Assembly (NCBI GenBank): GCA_964016885.1
Contig: OZ024748.1
Span: 40,486,001 to 40,550,000 of the forward strand
Reading direction: 5' to 3'
Source of the DNA: Eledone cirrhosa
Lineage: Eukaryota
DNA length: 64,000 nt
Each line of letters begins with the position of its first letter. The stretch's first letter is position 1. Of this stretch, positions 1 through 18,600 are shown one piece after another. A model generated the notes under the pieces. That model did no database searches, was not told where the DNA came from, and saw only the letters and a list, made by a program, of their open reading frames with translations. Position numbers and translations under genes: made by a program.

Positions 1-229
1 AGACCACACATATAGATCTTGTATATAGACCATACATATAGATCTTGTATAGACCATACATATAGATCTTGTGTATAGACCATACATATAGATCTTGTAT
101 AGACCATACATATAGATCTTGTATAGACCATACATATAGATCTTGTATAGACCACACATATAGATCTTGTATATAGACCACACATATTGATCTTGTATAG
201 ACCATACATATAGATCTTGTATAGATCAT

Positions 230-3200
230 ACATATAGATCTTGTGTATAGACCATACATATAGAGCATGTGTATAGACCACACATATAGATCTTGTATAG
301 ACCATACATATAGATCTTGTGTATAGACCATACATATAGATCTTGTGTATAGATCATACATATAGATCTTGTATAGACCATACATATAGATCTTGTATAG
401 ACCACACATATAGATCTTTATTAGACCACACATATAGATATTGTATATAGACCATACATATTGATCTTGTATAGACCATACATATAGATCTTGTATAGAC
501 CATACATATAGATCTTGTATAGACCACACATATAGATCTTGTATATAGACCATACATATAGATCTTGTATAGACCATACATATAGATCTTGTATAGACCA
601 CACATATAGATCTTGTATATAGACCATACATATAGATCTTGTATAGACCATACATATAGATCTTGTGTATAGACCATACATATACATCTTGTATAGACCA
701 TACATATAGATCTTGTATAGACCATACATATAGATCTTGTATAGACCACACATATAGATCTTGTATAGACCATACATATAGATCTTTTGTATAGACCATA
801 CATATAGATCTTGTATAGATCATACATATAGATCTTGTATATAGACCATACATATAGATCTTGTATAGACCATACATATAGATCTTGTAAAGACCATACA
901 TATAGATCTTGTGTATAGACCATACATATAGAACTTGTATAGACCATACATATAGATCTTGTATATAGACCATACATATAGATCTTGTATAGACCATACA
1001 TATAGATCTTGTGTATAGACCATACATATAGATCTTGTGTATAGACCACACATATAGATATTGTATATAGACCACACATATAGATATTGTGTATAGACCA
1101 TACATATACATCTTGTATAGACCATACATATAGATCTTGTATAGACCATACATATAGATCTTGTATATAGACCATACATATAGATCTTGTATAGACTATA
1201 CATATAGATCTTGTATATAGACCATACATATAGATCTTGTATAGACCATACATATAGATCTTGTATAGACCATACATATATATCTTGTATAGACCATACA
1301 TATAGATCTTGTGTATAGACCATACATATAGATCTTGTATAGACCATACATATAGATCTTGTATATAGACCATACATATAGATCTTGTATAGACCATACA
1401 TATAGATCTTGTATAGACCATACATATAGATCTTGTGTATAGACCATACATATAGATCTTGTATAGACCATACATATAGATCTTGTATATAGACCATACA
1501 TATAGATCTTGTATAGACCATACATATAGATCTTGTATAGACCATACATATAGATCTTGTATATAGACCATACATATAGATCTTGTATAGACCATACATA
1601 TAGATCTTGTATATAGACCATACATATAGATCTTGTATAGACCAAACATATAGATCTTGTATAGACCATACATATAGATCTTGTATATAGACCATACATA
1701 TAGATCTTGTATAGACCATACATATAGATCTTGTATAGACCATACATATAGATCTTGTATAGACCATACATATAGATCTTGTATAGACCACACATATAAA
1801 TGTTGTATATAGACCATACATATAGATCTTGTATAGACCATACATATAGATCTTGTATAGATCACACATATAGATATTGTATAGACGATACATATAGATC
1901 TTGTATAGACCACACATATAGATATTGTATAGATCATACATATAGATATTGTATATAGACCATACATATAGATCTTGTATAGACCATAGATATAGATCTT
2001 GTATATAGACCATACATATAGATCTTTTATAGACCATACATATAGATATTGTGTATAGAGCATACATATAGATCTTGTGTATAGACCATACATATAGATC
2101 TTGTGTATAGATAATACATATAGATCATGTATAGACCACACATATAGATCTTGTGTATAGACCATACATATAGATCTTGTGTATAGACCACACATATAGA
2201 TCTTGTGTATAGACCACACATATAGATCTTGTATATAGACCATACATATAGATCTTGTATAGACCATACATATAGATCTTGTGTATAGACCATACATATA
2301 GATGTTGTATAGACCATACATATAGATCTTGTATAGACCATACATATAGATCTTGTATAGACCACACATATAGATCTTGTATATAGACCACACATATTGA
2401 TCTTGTATAGACCATACATATAGATCTTGTATAGATCATACATATAGATCTTGTGTATAGACCATACATATAGAGCATGTGTATAGACCACACATATAGA
2501 TCTTGTATAGACCATACATATAGATCTTGTGTATAGACCATACATATAGATCTTGTGTATAGATCATACATATAGATCTTGTATAGACCATACATATAGA
2601 TCTTGTATAGACCACACATATAGATCTTTATTAGACCACACATATAGATATTGTATATAGACCATACATATAGATCTTGTATAGACCATACATATAGATC
2701 TTGTATAGACCATACATATATATCTTGTATAGACCACACATATAGATCTTGTATATAGACCATACATATAGATCTTGTATAGACCATACATATAGATCTT
2801 GTATAGACCACACATATAGATCTTGTATATAGACCATACATATAAATCTTGTATAGACCATACATATAGATCTTGTGTATAGACCATACATATACATCTT
2901 GTATAGACCATACATATAGATCTTGTATAGACCATACATATAGATCTTGTATAGACCACACATATAGATCTTGTATAGACCATACATATAGATCTTGTGT
3001 ATAGACCACACATATAGATATTGTATATAGACCACACATATAGATATTGTGTATAGACCATACATATACATCTTGTATAGACCATACATATAGATCTTGT
3101 ATAGACCATACATATAGATCTTGTATATAGACCATACATATAGATCTTGTATAGACTATACATATAGATCTTGTATATAGACCATACATATAGATCTTGT

Positions 3201-4950
3201 ATAGACCATACATATAGATCTTGTATAGACCATACATATAGATCTTGTATAGACCATACATATAGATCTTGTGTATAGACCATACATATAGATCTTGTAT
3301 AGACCATACATATAGATCTTGTATATAGACCATACATATAGATCTTGTATAGACCATACATATAGATCTTGTATAGACCATACATATAGATCTTGTGTAT
3401 AGACCATACATATAGATCTTGTATAGACCATACATATAGATCTTCTATATAGACCATACATATAGATCTTGTATAGACCATACATATAGATCTTGTATAG
3501 ACCATACATATAGATCTTGTATATAGACCATACATATAGATCTTGTATAGACCATACATATAGATCTTGTATATAGACCATACATATAGATCTTGTATAG
3601 ACCAAACATATAGATCTTGTATAGACCATACATATAGATCTTGTATATAGACCATACATATAGATCTTGTATAGACCATACATATAGATCTTGTATAGAC
3701 CATACATATAGATCTTGTATAGACCATACATATAGATCTTGTATAGACCACACATATAAATGTTGTATATAGACCATACATATAGATCTTGTATAGACCA
3801 TACATATAGATCTTGTAGAGATCACACATATAGATATTGTATAGACCATACATATAGATCTTGTATAGACCACACATATAGATATTGTATAGATCATACA
3901 TATAGATATTATATATAGACCATACATATAGATCTTGTATAGACCATAGATATAGATCTTGTATATAGACCATACATATAGATCTTTTATAGACCATACA
4001 TATAGATATTGTGTATAGAGCATACATATAGATCTTGTGTATAGACCATACATATAGATCTTGTGTATAGATAATACATATAGATCATGTATAGACCACA
4101 CATATAGATCTTGTGTATAGACCATACATATAGATCTTGTGTATAGACCACACATATAGATCTTGTGTATAGACCACACATATAGATCTTGTATATAGAC
4201 CATACATATAGATCTTGTATAGACCATACATATAGATCTTGTGTATAGACCATACATATAGATGTTGTATAGACCATACATATAGATCTTGTATAGACCA
4301 TACATATAGATCTTGTATAGACCACACATATAGATCTTGTATATAGACCACACATATTGATCTTGTATAGACCATACATATAGATCTTGTATAGATCATA
4401 CATATAGATCTTGTGTATAGACCATACATATAGAGCATGTGTATAGACCACACATATAGATCTTGTATAGACCATACATGTAGATCTTGTGTATAGACCA
4501 TACATATAGATCTTGTGTATAGATCATACATATAGATCTTGTATAGACCATACATATAGATCTTGTATAGACCACACATATAGATCTTTATTAGACCACA
4601 CATATAGATATTGTATATAGACCATACATATAGATCTTGTATAGACCATACATATAGATCTTGTATAGACCATACATATAGATCTTGTATAGACCACACA
4701 TATAGATCTTGTATATAGACCATACATATAGATCTTGTATAGACCATACATATAGATCTTGTATAGACCACACATATAGATCTTGTATATAGACCATACA
4801 TATAGATCTTGTATAGACCATACATATAGATCTTGTGTATAGACCATACATATACATCTTGTATAGACCATACATATAGATCTTGTATAGACCATACATA
4901 TAGATCTTGTATAGACCACACATATAGATCTTGTATAGACCATACATATA
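230..4950. repeat. Higher-order repeat of ~2 kb within the satellite (periods 2210 and 1960 bp)
   Basis: Rare variant TAGAGCATGT occurs at 261, 2471 and 4431. TAGATCTTTATTAGACC occurs at 411, 2621 and 4581. The same landmark pair recurs near 9253/9403 and 13741/13891. Confidence 0.9.
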
Positions 4951-7900
4951 GATCTTGTGTATAGACCATACATATAGATCTTGTATAGATCATACATATA
5001 GATCTTGTATATAGACCATACATATAGATCTTGTATAGACCATACATATAGATCTTGTATAGACCATACATATAGATCTTGTGTATAGACCATACATATA
5101 GATCTTGTATAGACCATACATATAGATCTTGTATATAGACCATACATATAGATCTTGTATAGACCATACATATAGATCTTGTGTATAGACCATACATATA
5201 GATCTTGTGTATAGACCACACATATAGATATTGTATATAGACCACACATATAGATATTGTGTATAGACCATACATATACATCTTGTATAGACCATACATA
5301 TAGATCTTGTATAGACCATACATATAGATCTTGTATATAGACCATACATATAGATCTTGTATAGACTATACATATAGATCTTGTATATAGACCATACATA
5401 TAGATCTTGTATAGACCATACATATAGATCTTGTATAGACCATACATATAGATCTTGTATAGACCATACATATAGATCTTGTATATAGACCATACATATA
5501 GATCTTGTATAGACCATACATATAGATCTTGTATATAGACCATACATATAGATCTTGTATAGACCATACATATAGATCTTGTATATAGACCATACATATA
5601 GATCTTGTATAGACCATACATATAGATCTTGTATAGACCATACATATAGATCTTGTATATAGACCACACATATAGATCTTGTATAGACCATACATATAGA
5701 TCTCATATAGACCACACATATAGATCTTGTATAGATCATACATATAGATCTTGTATAGACCATATATATAGATCTTGTGTATAGACCATACATATAGATC
5801 TTGTGTATAGACCACACATATAGATCTTGTGTATAGATCACACATATAGATCTTGTATATAGACCTTACATATAGATCTTGTATAGACCATACATATAGA
5901 TCTTGTGTATAGACCATACATATAGATCTTGTATAGACCATACATATAGATCTTGTATAGACCATACATATAGATCTTGTATATAGACCATACATATAGA
6001 TCTTGTATATAGACCACACATATAGATCTTGTGTATTGACCATACATATAGATCTTGTGTATAGACCACACATATAGATCTTGTGTATAGACCACACATA
6101 TAGATCTTGTATATAGACCATACATATAGATCTTGTGTAGACCACACATATAGATCTTGTGTATAGACCACACATATAGATCTTGTGTATAGACCACACA
6201 TATAGATCTTGTATAGACCATACATATAGATCTTGTATAGACCACACATATAGATCTTGTATATAGACCATACATATAGATCTTGTATAGACCATACATA
6301 TAGATCTTGTGTATAGACCATACATATACATCTTGTGTAGACCATACATATAGATCTTGTATAGACCATACATATAGATCTTGTATAGACCACACATATA
6401 GATCTTGTATAGACCATACATATAGATCTTGTGTATAGACCATACATATAGATCTTGTATAGACCATACATATAGATCTTGTATATAGACCATACATATA
6501 GATCTTGTATAGACCATACATATAGATCTTGTATAGACCATACATATAGATCTTGTGTATAGGCCATACATATAGATCTTGTATAGACCATACATATAGA
6601 TCTTGTATATAGACCATACATATAGATCTTGTATAGACCATACATATAGATCTTGTGTATAGACCATACATATAGATCTTGTATAGACCATACATATAGA
6701 TCTTGTATAGACCATACATATAGATCTTGTATAGACCATACATATAGATCTTGTATAGACCATACATATAGATCTTGTATATAGACCATACATATAGATC
6801 TTGTATAGACCATACATATAGATCTTGTATAGACCATACATATAGATCTTGTATATAGACCATACATATAGATCTTGTATAGACCATACATATAGATCTT
6901 GTATATAGACCATACATATAGATCTTGTATAGACCATACATATAGATCTTGTATATAGACCATACATATAGATCTTGTATAGACCAAACATATAGATCTT
7001 GTATAGACCATACATATAGATCTTGTATATAGACCATACATATAGATCTTGTATAGACCATACATATAGATCTTGTATAGACCATACATATAGATCTTGT
7101 ATAGACCATACATATAGATCTTGTATAGACCACACATATAAATGTTGTATATAGACCATACATATAGATCTTGTATAGACCATACATATAGATCTTGTAT
7201 AGATCACACATATAGATATTGTATAGACCATACATATAGATCTTGTATAGACCACACATATAGATATTGTATAGATCATACATATAGATATTGTATATAG
7301 ACCATACATATAGATCTTGTATAGACCATACATATAGATCTTGTATATAGACCATACATATAGATCTTGTATAGACCATACATATAGATCTTGTATAGAC
7401 CATACATATAGATCTTGTATATAGACCACACATATAGATCTTGTATAGACCATACATATAGATCTTGTATAGACCACACATATAGATCTTGTATAGATCA
7501 TACATATAGATCTTGTATAGACCATACATATAGATCTTGTGTATAGACCATACATATAGATCTTGTGTATAGACCACACATATAGATCCTGTGTATAGAC
7601 CACACATATAGATCTTGTATATAGACCTTACATATAGATCTTGTATAGACCATACATATAGATCTTGTGTATAGACCATACATATAGATCTTGTATAGAC
7701 CATACATATAGATCTTGTATAGACCATACATATAGATCTTGTATATAGACCATACATATAGATCTTGTATATAGACCACACATATAGATCTTGTGTATTG
7801 ACCATACATATAGATCTTGTGTATAGACCACACATATAGATCTTGTGTATAGACCACACATATAGATCTTGTATATAGACCATACATATAGATCTTGTGT

Positions 7901-10900
7901 AGACCACACATATAGATCTTGTGTATAGACCACACATATAGATCTTGTGTATAGACCATACATATAGATCTTGTATAGACCATACATATAGATCTTGTAT
8001 AGACCACACATATAGATCTTGTATATAGACCATACATATAGATCTTGTATAGACCATACATATAGATCTTGTGTATAGACCATACATATACATCTTGTAT
8101 AGACCATACATATAGATCTTGTATAGACCATACATATAGATCTTGTATAGACCACACATATAGATCTTGTATAGACCATACATATAGATCTTGTGTATAG
8201 ACCATACATATAGATCTTGTATAGACCATACATATAGATCTTGTATATAGACCATACATATAGATCTTGTATAGACCATACATATAGATCTTGTATAGAC
8301 CATACATATAGATCTTGTGTATAGACCATACATATAGATCTTGTATAGACCATACATATAGATCTTGTATATAGACCATACATATAGATCTTGTATAGAC
8401 CATACATATAGATCTTGTGTATAGACCATACATATAGATCTTGTATAGACCATACATATAGATCTTGTATAGACCATACATATAGATCTTGTATAGACCA
8501 TACATATAGATCTTGTATAGACCATACATATAGATCTTGTATAGACCACACATATAAATGTTGTATATAGACCATACATATAGATCTTGTATAGACCATA
8601 CATATAGATCTTGTATAGATCACACATATTGATATTGTATAGACCATACATATAGATCTTGTATAGACCACACATATAGATATTGTATAGATCATACATA
8701 TAGATATTGTATATAGACCATACATATAGATCTTTTATAGACCACACATATAGATCTTGTATAGACCATAGATATAGATCTTGTATATAGACCATACATA
8801 TAGATCTTTTATAGACCATACATATAGATATTGTGTATAGAGCATACATATAGATCTTGTGTATAGACCATACATATAGATCTTGTTTATAGATAATACA
8901 TATAGATCATGTATAGACCACACATATAGATCTTGTGTATAGACCATACATATAGATCTTGTGTATCGACCACACGTATAGGTCTTGTGTATAGACCACA
9001 CATATAGATCTTGTATATAGACCATACATATAGATCTTGTATAGACCATACATATAGATCTTGTGTATAGACCATACATATAGATCTTGTATAGACCATA
9101 CATATAGATCTTGTATAGACCATACATATAGATCTTGTATAGACCACACATATAGATCTTGTATATAGACCACACATATTGATCTTGTATAGACCATACA
9201 TATAGATCTTGTATAGATCATACATATAGATCTTGTGTATAGACCATACATATAGAGCATGTGTATAGACCACACATATAGATCTTGTATAGACCATACA
9301 TATAGATCTTGTGTATAGACCATACATATAGATCTTGTGTATAGATCATACATATAGATCTTGTATAGACCATACATATAGATCTTGTATAGACCACACA
9401 TATAGATCTTTATTAGACCACACATATAGATATTGTATATAGACCATACATATAGATCTTGTATAGACCATACATATAGATCTTGTATAGACCATACATA
9501 TAGATCTTGTATAGACCACACATATAGATCTTGTATATAGACCATACATATAGATCTTGTATAGACCATACATATAGATCTTGTATAGACCACACATATA
9601 GATCTTGTATATAGACCATACATATAGATCTTGTATAGACCATACATATAGATCTTGTATAGACCATACATATAGATCTTGTATATAGACCATACATATA
9701 GATCTTGTATAGACCATACATATAGATCTTGTATATAGACCATACATATAGATCTTGTATAGACCATACATATAGATCTTGTATAGACCATACATATAGA
9801 TCTTGTGTATAGACCATACATATACATCTTGTATAGACCATACATATAGATCTTGTATAGACCACACATATAGATCTTGTATAGATCATACATATAGATC
9901 TTGTATAGACCATACATATAGATATAGATCTTGTATAGACTATACATATAGATGTTGTATAGACCACACATATAGATATTGTATAGACCACACATATAGA
10001 TATTGTATATAGACCACACATATAGATCTTGTATAGACCATACATATAGATCTTGTATAGACCACACATATAGATCTTGTATAGACCACACATATAGATA
10101 TTGTATATAGACCATACATATAGATCTTGTATAGACCACACATAGAGATATTGTGTATAAACCATACATATAGATCTTGTATAGACCACACATATAGATC
10201 TTGTATAGACCACACATATAGATCTTGTATAGACCATACATATAGATCTTGTATAGACCATACATATAGAGCTTGTGTATAGACCATACATATAGATCTT
10301 GTATAGACCACACATATAGATCTTGTGTATAGACCACACATATAGATATTGTATATAGACCATACATATAGATCTTGTATAGACCATACATATAGATCTT
10401 GTATAGACCATACATATATATCTTGTATAGACCACACATATAGATCTTGTATATAGACCATACATATAGATCTTGTATAGACCATATATATAGATCTTGT
10501 ATAGACCACAAATATAGATCTTGTATATAGACCATACATATAGATCTTGTATAGACCATACATATAGATCTTGTGTATAGACCATACATATACATCTTGT
10601 ATAGACCATACATATAGATCTTGTATAGACCATACATATAGATCTTGTATAGACCACACATATAGATCTTGTATAGACCATACATATAGATCTTGTGTAT
10701 AGACCATACATATAGATCTTGTATAGATCATACATATAGATCTTGTATATAGACCATACATATAGATCTTGTATAGACCATACATATAGATCTTGTATAG
10801 ACCATACATATAGATCTTGTGTATAGACCATACATATAGATCTTGTATAGACCATACATATAGATCTTGTATATAGACCATACATATAGATCTTGTATAG

Positions 10901-12039
10901 ACCATACATATAGATCTTGTGTATAGACCATACATATAGATCTTGTGTATAGACCACACATATAGATATTGTATATAGACCACACATATAGATATTGTGT
11001 ATAGACCATACATATACATCTTGTATAGACCATACATATAGATCTTGTATAGACCATACATATAGATCTTGTATATAGACCATACATATAGATCTTGTAT
11101 AGACTATACATATAGATCTTGTATATAGACCATACATATAGATCTTGTATAGACCATACATATAGATCTTGTATAGACCATACATATAGATCTTGTATAG
11201 ACCATACATATAGATCTTGTATATAGACCATACATATAGATCTTGTATAGACCATACATATAGATCTTGTATATAGACCATACATATAGATCTTGTATAG
11301 ACCATACATATAGATCTTGTATATAGACCATACATATAGATCTTGTATAGACCATACATATAGATCTTGTATAGACCATACATATAGATCTTGTATATAG
11401 ACCACACATATAGATCTTGTATAGACCATACATATAGATCTTGTATAGACCACACATATAGATCTTGTATAGATCATACATATAGATCTTGTATAGACCA
11501 TACATATAGATCTTGTGTATAGACCATACATATAGATCTTGTGTATAGACCACACATATAGATCTTGTGTATAGACCACACATATAGATCTTGTATATAG
11601 ACCTTACATATAGATCTTGTATAGACCATACATATAGATCTTGTGTATAGACCATACATATAGATCTTGTATAGACCATACATATAGATCTTGTATATAG
11701 ACCATACATATAGATCTTGTATAGACCACACATATAGATCTTGTATATAGACCATACATATAGATCTTGTATAGACCATACATATAGATCTTGTGTATAG
11801 ACCATACATATACATCTTGTATAGACCATACATATAGATCTTGTATAGACCATACATATAGATCTTGTATAGACCACACATATAGATCTTGTATAGACCA
11901 TACATATAGATCTTGTGTATAGACCATACATATAGATCTTGTATAGACCATACATATAGATCTTGTATATAGACCATACATATAGATCTTGTATAGACCA
12001 TACATATAGATCTTGTATAGACCATACATATAGATCTTG

Positions 12040-13430
12040 TGTATAGACCATACATATAGATCTTGTATAGACCATACATATAGATCTTGTATATAGACCA
12101 TACATATAGATCTTGTATAGACCATACATATAGATCTTGTATAGACCATACATATAGATCTTGTATATAGACCATACATATAGATCTTGTATAGACCATA
12201 CATATAGATCTTGTATATAGACCATACATATAGATATTGTATAGACCATACATATAGATCTTGTATATAGATCATACATATAGATCTTGTATAGACCAAA
12301 CATATAGATCTTGTATAGACCATACATATAGATCTTGTATATAGACCATACATATAGATCTTGTATAGACCATACATATAGATCTTGTATAGACCATACA
12401 TATAGATCTTGTATAGACCATACATATAGATCTTGTATAGACCACACATATAAATGTTGTATATAGACCATACATATAGATCTTGTATAGACCATACATA
12501 TAGATCTTGTATAGATCACACATATAGATATTGTATAGACCATACATATAGATCTTGTATAGACCACACATATAGATATTGTATAGATCATACATATAGA
12601 TATTGTATATAGACCATACATATAGATCTTGTATAGACCATAGATATAGATCTTGTATATAGACCATACATATAGATCTTTTATAGACCATACATATAGA
12701 TATTGTGTATAGAGCATACATATAGATCTTGTGTATAGACCATACATATAGATCTTGTATAGACCATACATATAGATCTTGTATATAGACCATACATATA
12801 GATCTTGTATAGACCATACATATAGATCTTGTATAGACCATACATATAGATCTTGTATATAGACCATACATATAGATCTTGTATAGACCATACATATAGA
12901 TCTTGTATATAGACCATACATATAGATATTGTATAGACCATACATATAGATCTTGTATATAGATCATACATATAGATCTTGTATAGACCAAACATATAGA
13001 TCTTGTATAGACCATACATATAGATCTTGTATATAGACCATACATATAGATCTTGTATAGACCATACATATAGATCTTGTATAGACCATACATATAGATC
13101 TTGTATAGACCATACATATAGATCTTGTATAGACCACACATATAAATGTTGTATATAGACCATACATATAGATCTTGTATAGACCATACATATAGATCTT
13201 GTATAGATCACACATATAGATATTGTATAGACCATACATATAGATCTTGTATAGACCACACATATAGATATTGTATAGATCATACATATAGATATTGTAT
13301 ATAGACCATACATATAGATCTTGTATAGACCATAGATATAGATCTTGTATATAGACCATACATATAGATCTTTTATAGACCATACATATAGATATTGTGT
13401 ATAGAGCATACATATAGATCTTGTGTATAG
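12040..13430. repeat. 692-bp tandem higher-order duplication within the satellite
   Basis: Variants ACCAAACA (~12295 and ~12987), TAAATGTTG (12451 and 13143) and GAGCATAC (~12712 and ~13404) share the same offset. Boundaries are approximate. Confidence 0.85.
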
Positions 13431-15619
13431 ACCATACATATAGATCTTGTGTATAGACCACACGTATAGGTCTTGTGTATAGACCACACATATAGATCTT
13501 GTATATAGACCATACATATAGATCTTGTATAGACCATACATATAGATCTTGTGTATAGACCATACATATAGATCTTGTATAGACCATACATATAGATCTT
13601 GTATAGACCATACATATAGATCTTGTATAGACCACACATATAGATCTTGTATATAGACCACACATATTGATCTTGTATAGACCATACATATAGATCTTGT
13701 ATAGATCATACATATAGATCTTGTGTATAGACCATACATATAGAGCATGTGTATAGACCACACATATAGATCTTGTATAGACCATACATATAGATCTTGT
13801 GTATAGACCATACATATAGATCTTGTGTATAGATCATACATATAGATCTTGTATAGACCATACATATAGATCTTGTATAGACCACACATATAGATCTTTA
13901 TTAGACCACACATATAGACATTGTATATAGACCATACATATAGATCTTGTATAGACCATACATATAGATCTTGTATAGACCATACATATAGATCTTGTAT
14001 AGACCACACATATAGATCTTGTATATAGACCATACATATAGATCTTGTATAGACCATACATATAGATCTTGTATAGACCACACATATAGATCTTGTATAT
14101 AGACCATACATATAGATCTTGTATAGACCATACATATAGATCTTGTATAGACCATACATATAGATCTTGTATATAGACCATACATATAGATCTTGTATAG
14201 ACCATACATATAGATCTTGTATATAGACCATACATATAGATCTTGTATAGACCATACATATAGATCTTGTATAGACCATACATATAGATCTTGTGTATAG
14301 ACCATACATATACATCTTGTATAGACCATACATATAGATCTATTATAGACCATACATATAGATCGTGTATAGACCACACATATAGATCTTGTATAGACCA
14401 TACATATAGATCTTGTGTATAGACCATACATATAGATCTTGTATAGACCATACATATAGATCTTGTATATAGACCATACATATAGATCTTGTATAGACCA
14501 TACATATAGATCTTGTATAGACTATACATATAGATCTTGTGTATAGACCATACATATAGATCTTGTATAGACCATACATATAGATCTTGTATATACACCA
14601 TACATATAGATCTTGTATAGACCATACATATAGATCTTGTGTATAGACCATACATATAGATCTTGTGTATAGACCACACATATAGATATTGTATATAGAC
14701 CACACATATAGATATTGTGTATAGACCATACATATACATCTTGTATAGACCATACATATAGATCTTGTATAGACCATACATATAGATCTTGTATATAGAC
14801 CATACATATAGATCTTGTATAGACTATACATATAGATCTTGTATATAGACCATACATATAGATCTTGTATAGACCATACATATAGATCTTGTATAGACCA
14901 TACATATAGATCTTGTATAGACCATACATATAGATCTTGTATATAGACCATACATATAGATCTTGTATAGACCATACATATAGATCTTGTATATAGACCA
15001 TACATATAGATCTTGTATAGACCATACATATAGATCTTGTATATAGACCATACATATGGATCTTGTATAGACCATAAATATAGATCTTGTATAGACCATA
15101 CATATAGATCTTGTATATAGACCACACATATAGATCTTGTATAGACCATACATATAGATCTTGTATAGACCACACATATAGATCTTGTATAGATCATACA
15201 TATAGATCTTGTATAGACCATACATATAGATATAGATCTTGTATAGACTATACATATAGATCTTGTATAGACCACACATATAGATATTGTATAGACCACA
15301 CATAGATATTGTATATAGACCACACATATAGATCTTGTATAGACCATACATATAGATCTTGTATAGACCACACATATAGATCTTGTATAGACCACACATA
15401 TAGATATTGTATATAGACCATACATATAGATCTTGTATAGACCACACATAGAGATATTGTGTATAGACCATACATATAGATCTTGTATAGACCACACATA
15501 TAGATCTTGTATAGACCACACATATAGATCTTGCATAGACCATACATATAGATCTTGTATAGACCATACATATAGAGCTTGTGTATAGACCATACATATA
15601 GATCTTGTATAGACCACAC

Positions 15620-18600
15620 ATATAGATCTTGTGTATAGGCCATACATATAGATCTTGTGTATACACCATACATATAGATCTTGTATATAGACCACACATA
15701 TAGATCTTGTGTATAGACCACACATATAGATCTTGTATAGACCACACATATAGATCTTGTGTATAGACCACACATATAGATCTTGTGTATAGACCATACA
15801 TATAGATCTTGTGTATAGACCATACATATAGATCTTGTATTTAGACTATAGATATAGATCTTGTATATAGACCATACATATAGATCTTGTATATAGACCA
15901 TACATATAGATCTTGTATATAGACCATACATATAGATCTTGTATATAGACCACACATATAGATCTTGTGTATAGACCATACATATAGATCTTGTATATAG
16001 ACCACACATATAGATCTTGTGTATAGACCATACATATAGATCTTGTATAGACCATACATATAGATCTTGTATAGACCATACATATAGATCTTGTATAGAC
16101 CATACATATAGATCTTGTATAGACCACACATATAGATATTGTATAGACCACACATAGATCTTGTGTATAGACCATACATATAGATCTTGTGTATAGACCA
16201 TACATATAGATCTTGTATAGACCACACATATAGATCTTGTGTATAGACCATACATATAGATCTTGTATATAGACCATACATATAGATCTTGTATAGACCA
16301 TACATATAGATCTTGTATAGACCATACATATAGATATTGTATAGACCATACATATAGATCTTGTATAGACCACACATATAGATATTGTGTAGACCACACA
16401 TATAGATATTGTATAGACCACACATATAGATCTTGTATATAGACCACACATATAGATCTTGTATATAGACAACACATATAGATCTTGTATAGACCATACA
16501 TATAGATCTTGTATAGACCATACATATAGATCTTGTATATAGACTACACATATAGATCTTGTATAGACCATACATATAGATCTTGTATAGACCATACATA
16601 TAGATCTTGTATATAGACCATACATAAAGATCTGTTATATAGACCACACATATAGATCTTGTATAGACCATACATATAGATCTTGTATAGACCATACATA
16701 TAGATCTTGTGTGTAGACCACACATATAGATCTTGTATATAGACCATACATATAGATCTTGTATATAGACCACACATATAGATCTTGTGTAGACCATACA
16801 TATAGATCTTGTAAATAGACCATACGTATAGAACTTGTGTATAGACCATACATATAGATCTTGTATAGACCATACATATACATCTTGTATAGACCACACA
16901 TAGAGATCTTGTATAGACCACACATATAGATATTGTATATAGACCATACATATAGATCTTGTATAGGCCATACATATAGATCTTATATAGACCATACATA
17001 TAGATCTTGTATAGACCACACATATAGATCTTGTATATAGACCATACATATAGATCTTGTATAGACCATACATATAGATCTTGTATAGACCACATATGTA
17101 GATCTTGTATATAGACCATACATATAGATCTTGTATAGACCATACATATAGATCTTGTGTATAGACCTTACGTATACATCTTGTAAAGACCATACATATA
17201 GATCTTGTATAGACCATACATATAGATCTTGTATAGACCACACATATAGATCTTGTATAGACCATACATATAGATCTTGCGTATAGACCATACATATAGA
17301 TCTTGTATAGACCATATATATAGATCTTGTATATAGACCATACATATAGATCTTGTATAGACCATACATATAGATCTTGTATAGACCATACATATAGATC
17401 TTGTGTATAGACCATACATATAGATCTTGTATAGACCATAATATAGATCTTGTATATAGACCATACATATAGATCTTTTATAGACCATACATATAAATCT
17501 TGTGTATAGACCATACATATAGATCTTGTATAGACCATACATATAGATCTTGTATAGGCCACACATATAGATCTTGTATATAGACCATACATATAGATCT
17601 TGTATAGACCATACATATAGATCTTGTATAGACCACACATATAGATATTGTATAGACCATACATATAGATCTTGTATATAGACCATACATATAGATCTTG
17701 TATAGACCACACATATAGATATTGTATAGACCATACATATAGATCTTGTATAAACCACACATATAGATATTGTATAGACCATACATATAGATCTTGTATA
17801 GACCATACATATACACCTTGTATAGACCATACATATAGATATTGTATATAGACCATACATATAGATCTTGTATAGACCATAGATATAGATCTTGTATATA
17901 GACCATACATATAGATCTTGTATAGACCATACATATAGATCTTGTATAGACCACACATATAGATCTTGTGTATAGACCATACATATAGATCTTGTGTATA
18001 CACCATACATATAGATCTTGTATATAGACCACACATATAGATCTTGTGTATAGACCACACATATAGATCTTGTATAGACCACACATATAGATCTTGTGTA
18101 TAGACCACACATATAGATCTTGTGTATAGACCATACATATAGATCTTGTGTATAGACCATACATATAGATCTTGTATTTAGACTATACATATAGATCTTG
18201 TATATAGACCATACATATAGATCTTGTATATAGACCATACATATAGATCTTGTATATAGACCATACATATAGATCTTGTATATAGACCACACATATAGAT
18301 CTTGTGTATAGACCATACATATAGATCTTGTATATAGACCACACATATAGATCTTGTGTATAGACCATACATATAGATCTTGTATAGACCATACATATAG
18401 ATCTTGTATAGACCATACATATAGATCTTGTATAGACCATACATATAGATCTTGTATAGACCACACATATAGATATTGTATAGACCACACATAGATCTTG
18501 TGTATAGACCATACATATAGATCTTGTGTATAGACCATACATATAGATCTTGTATAGACCACACATATAGATCTTGTGTATAGACCATACATATAGATCT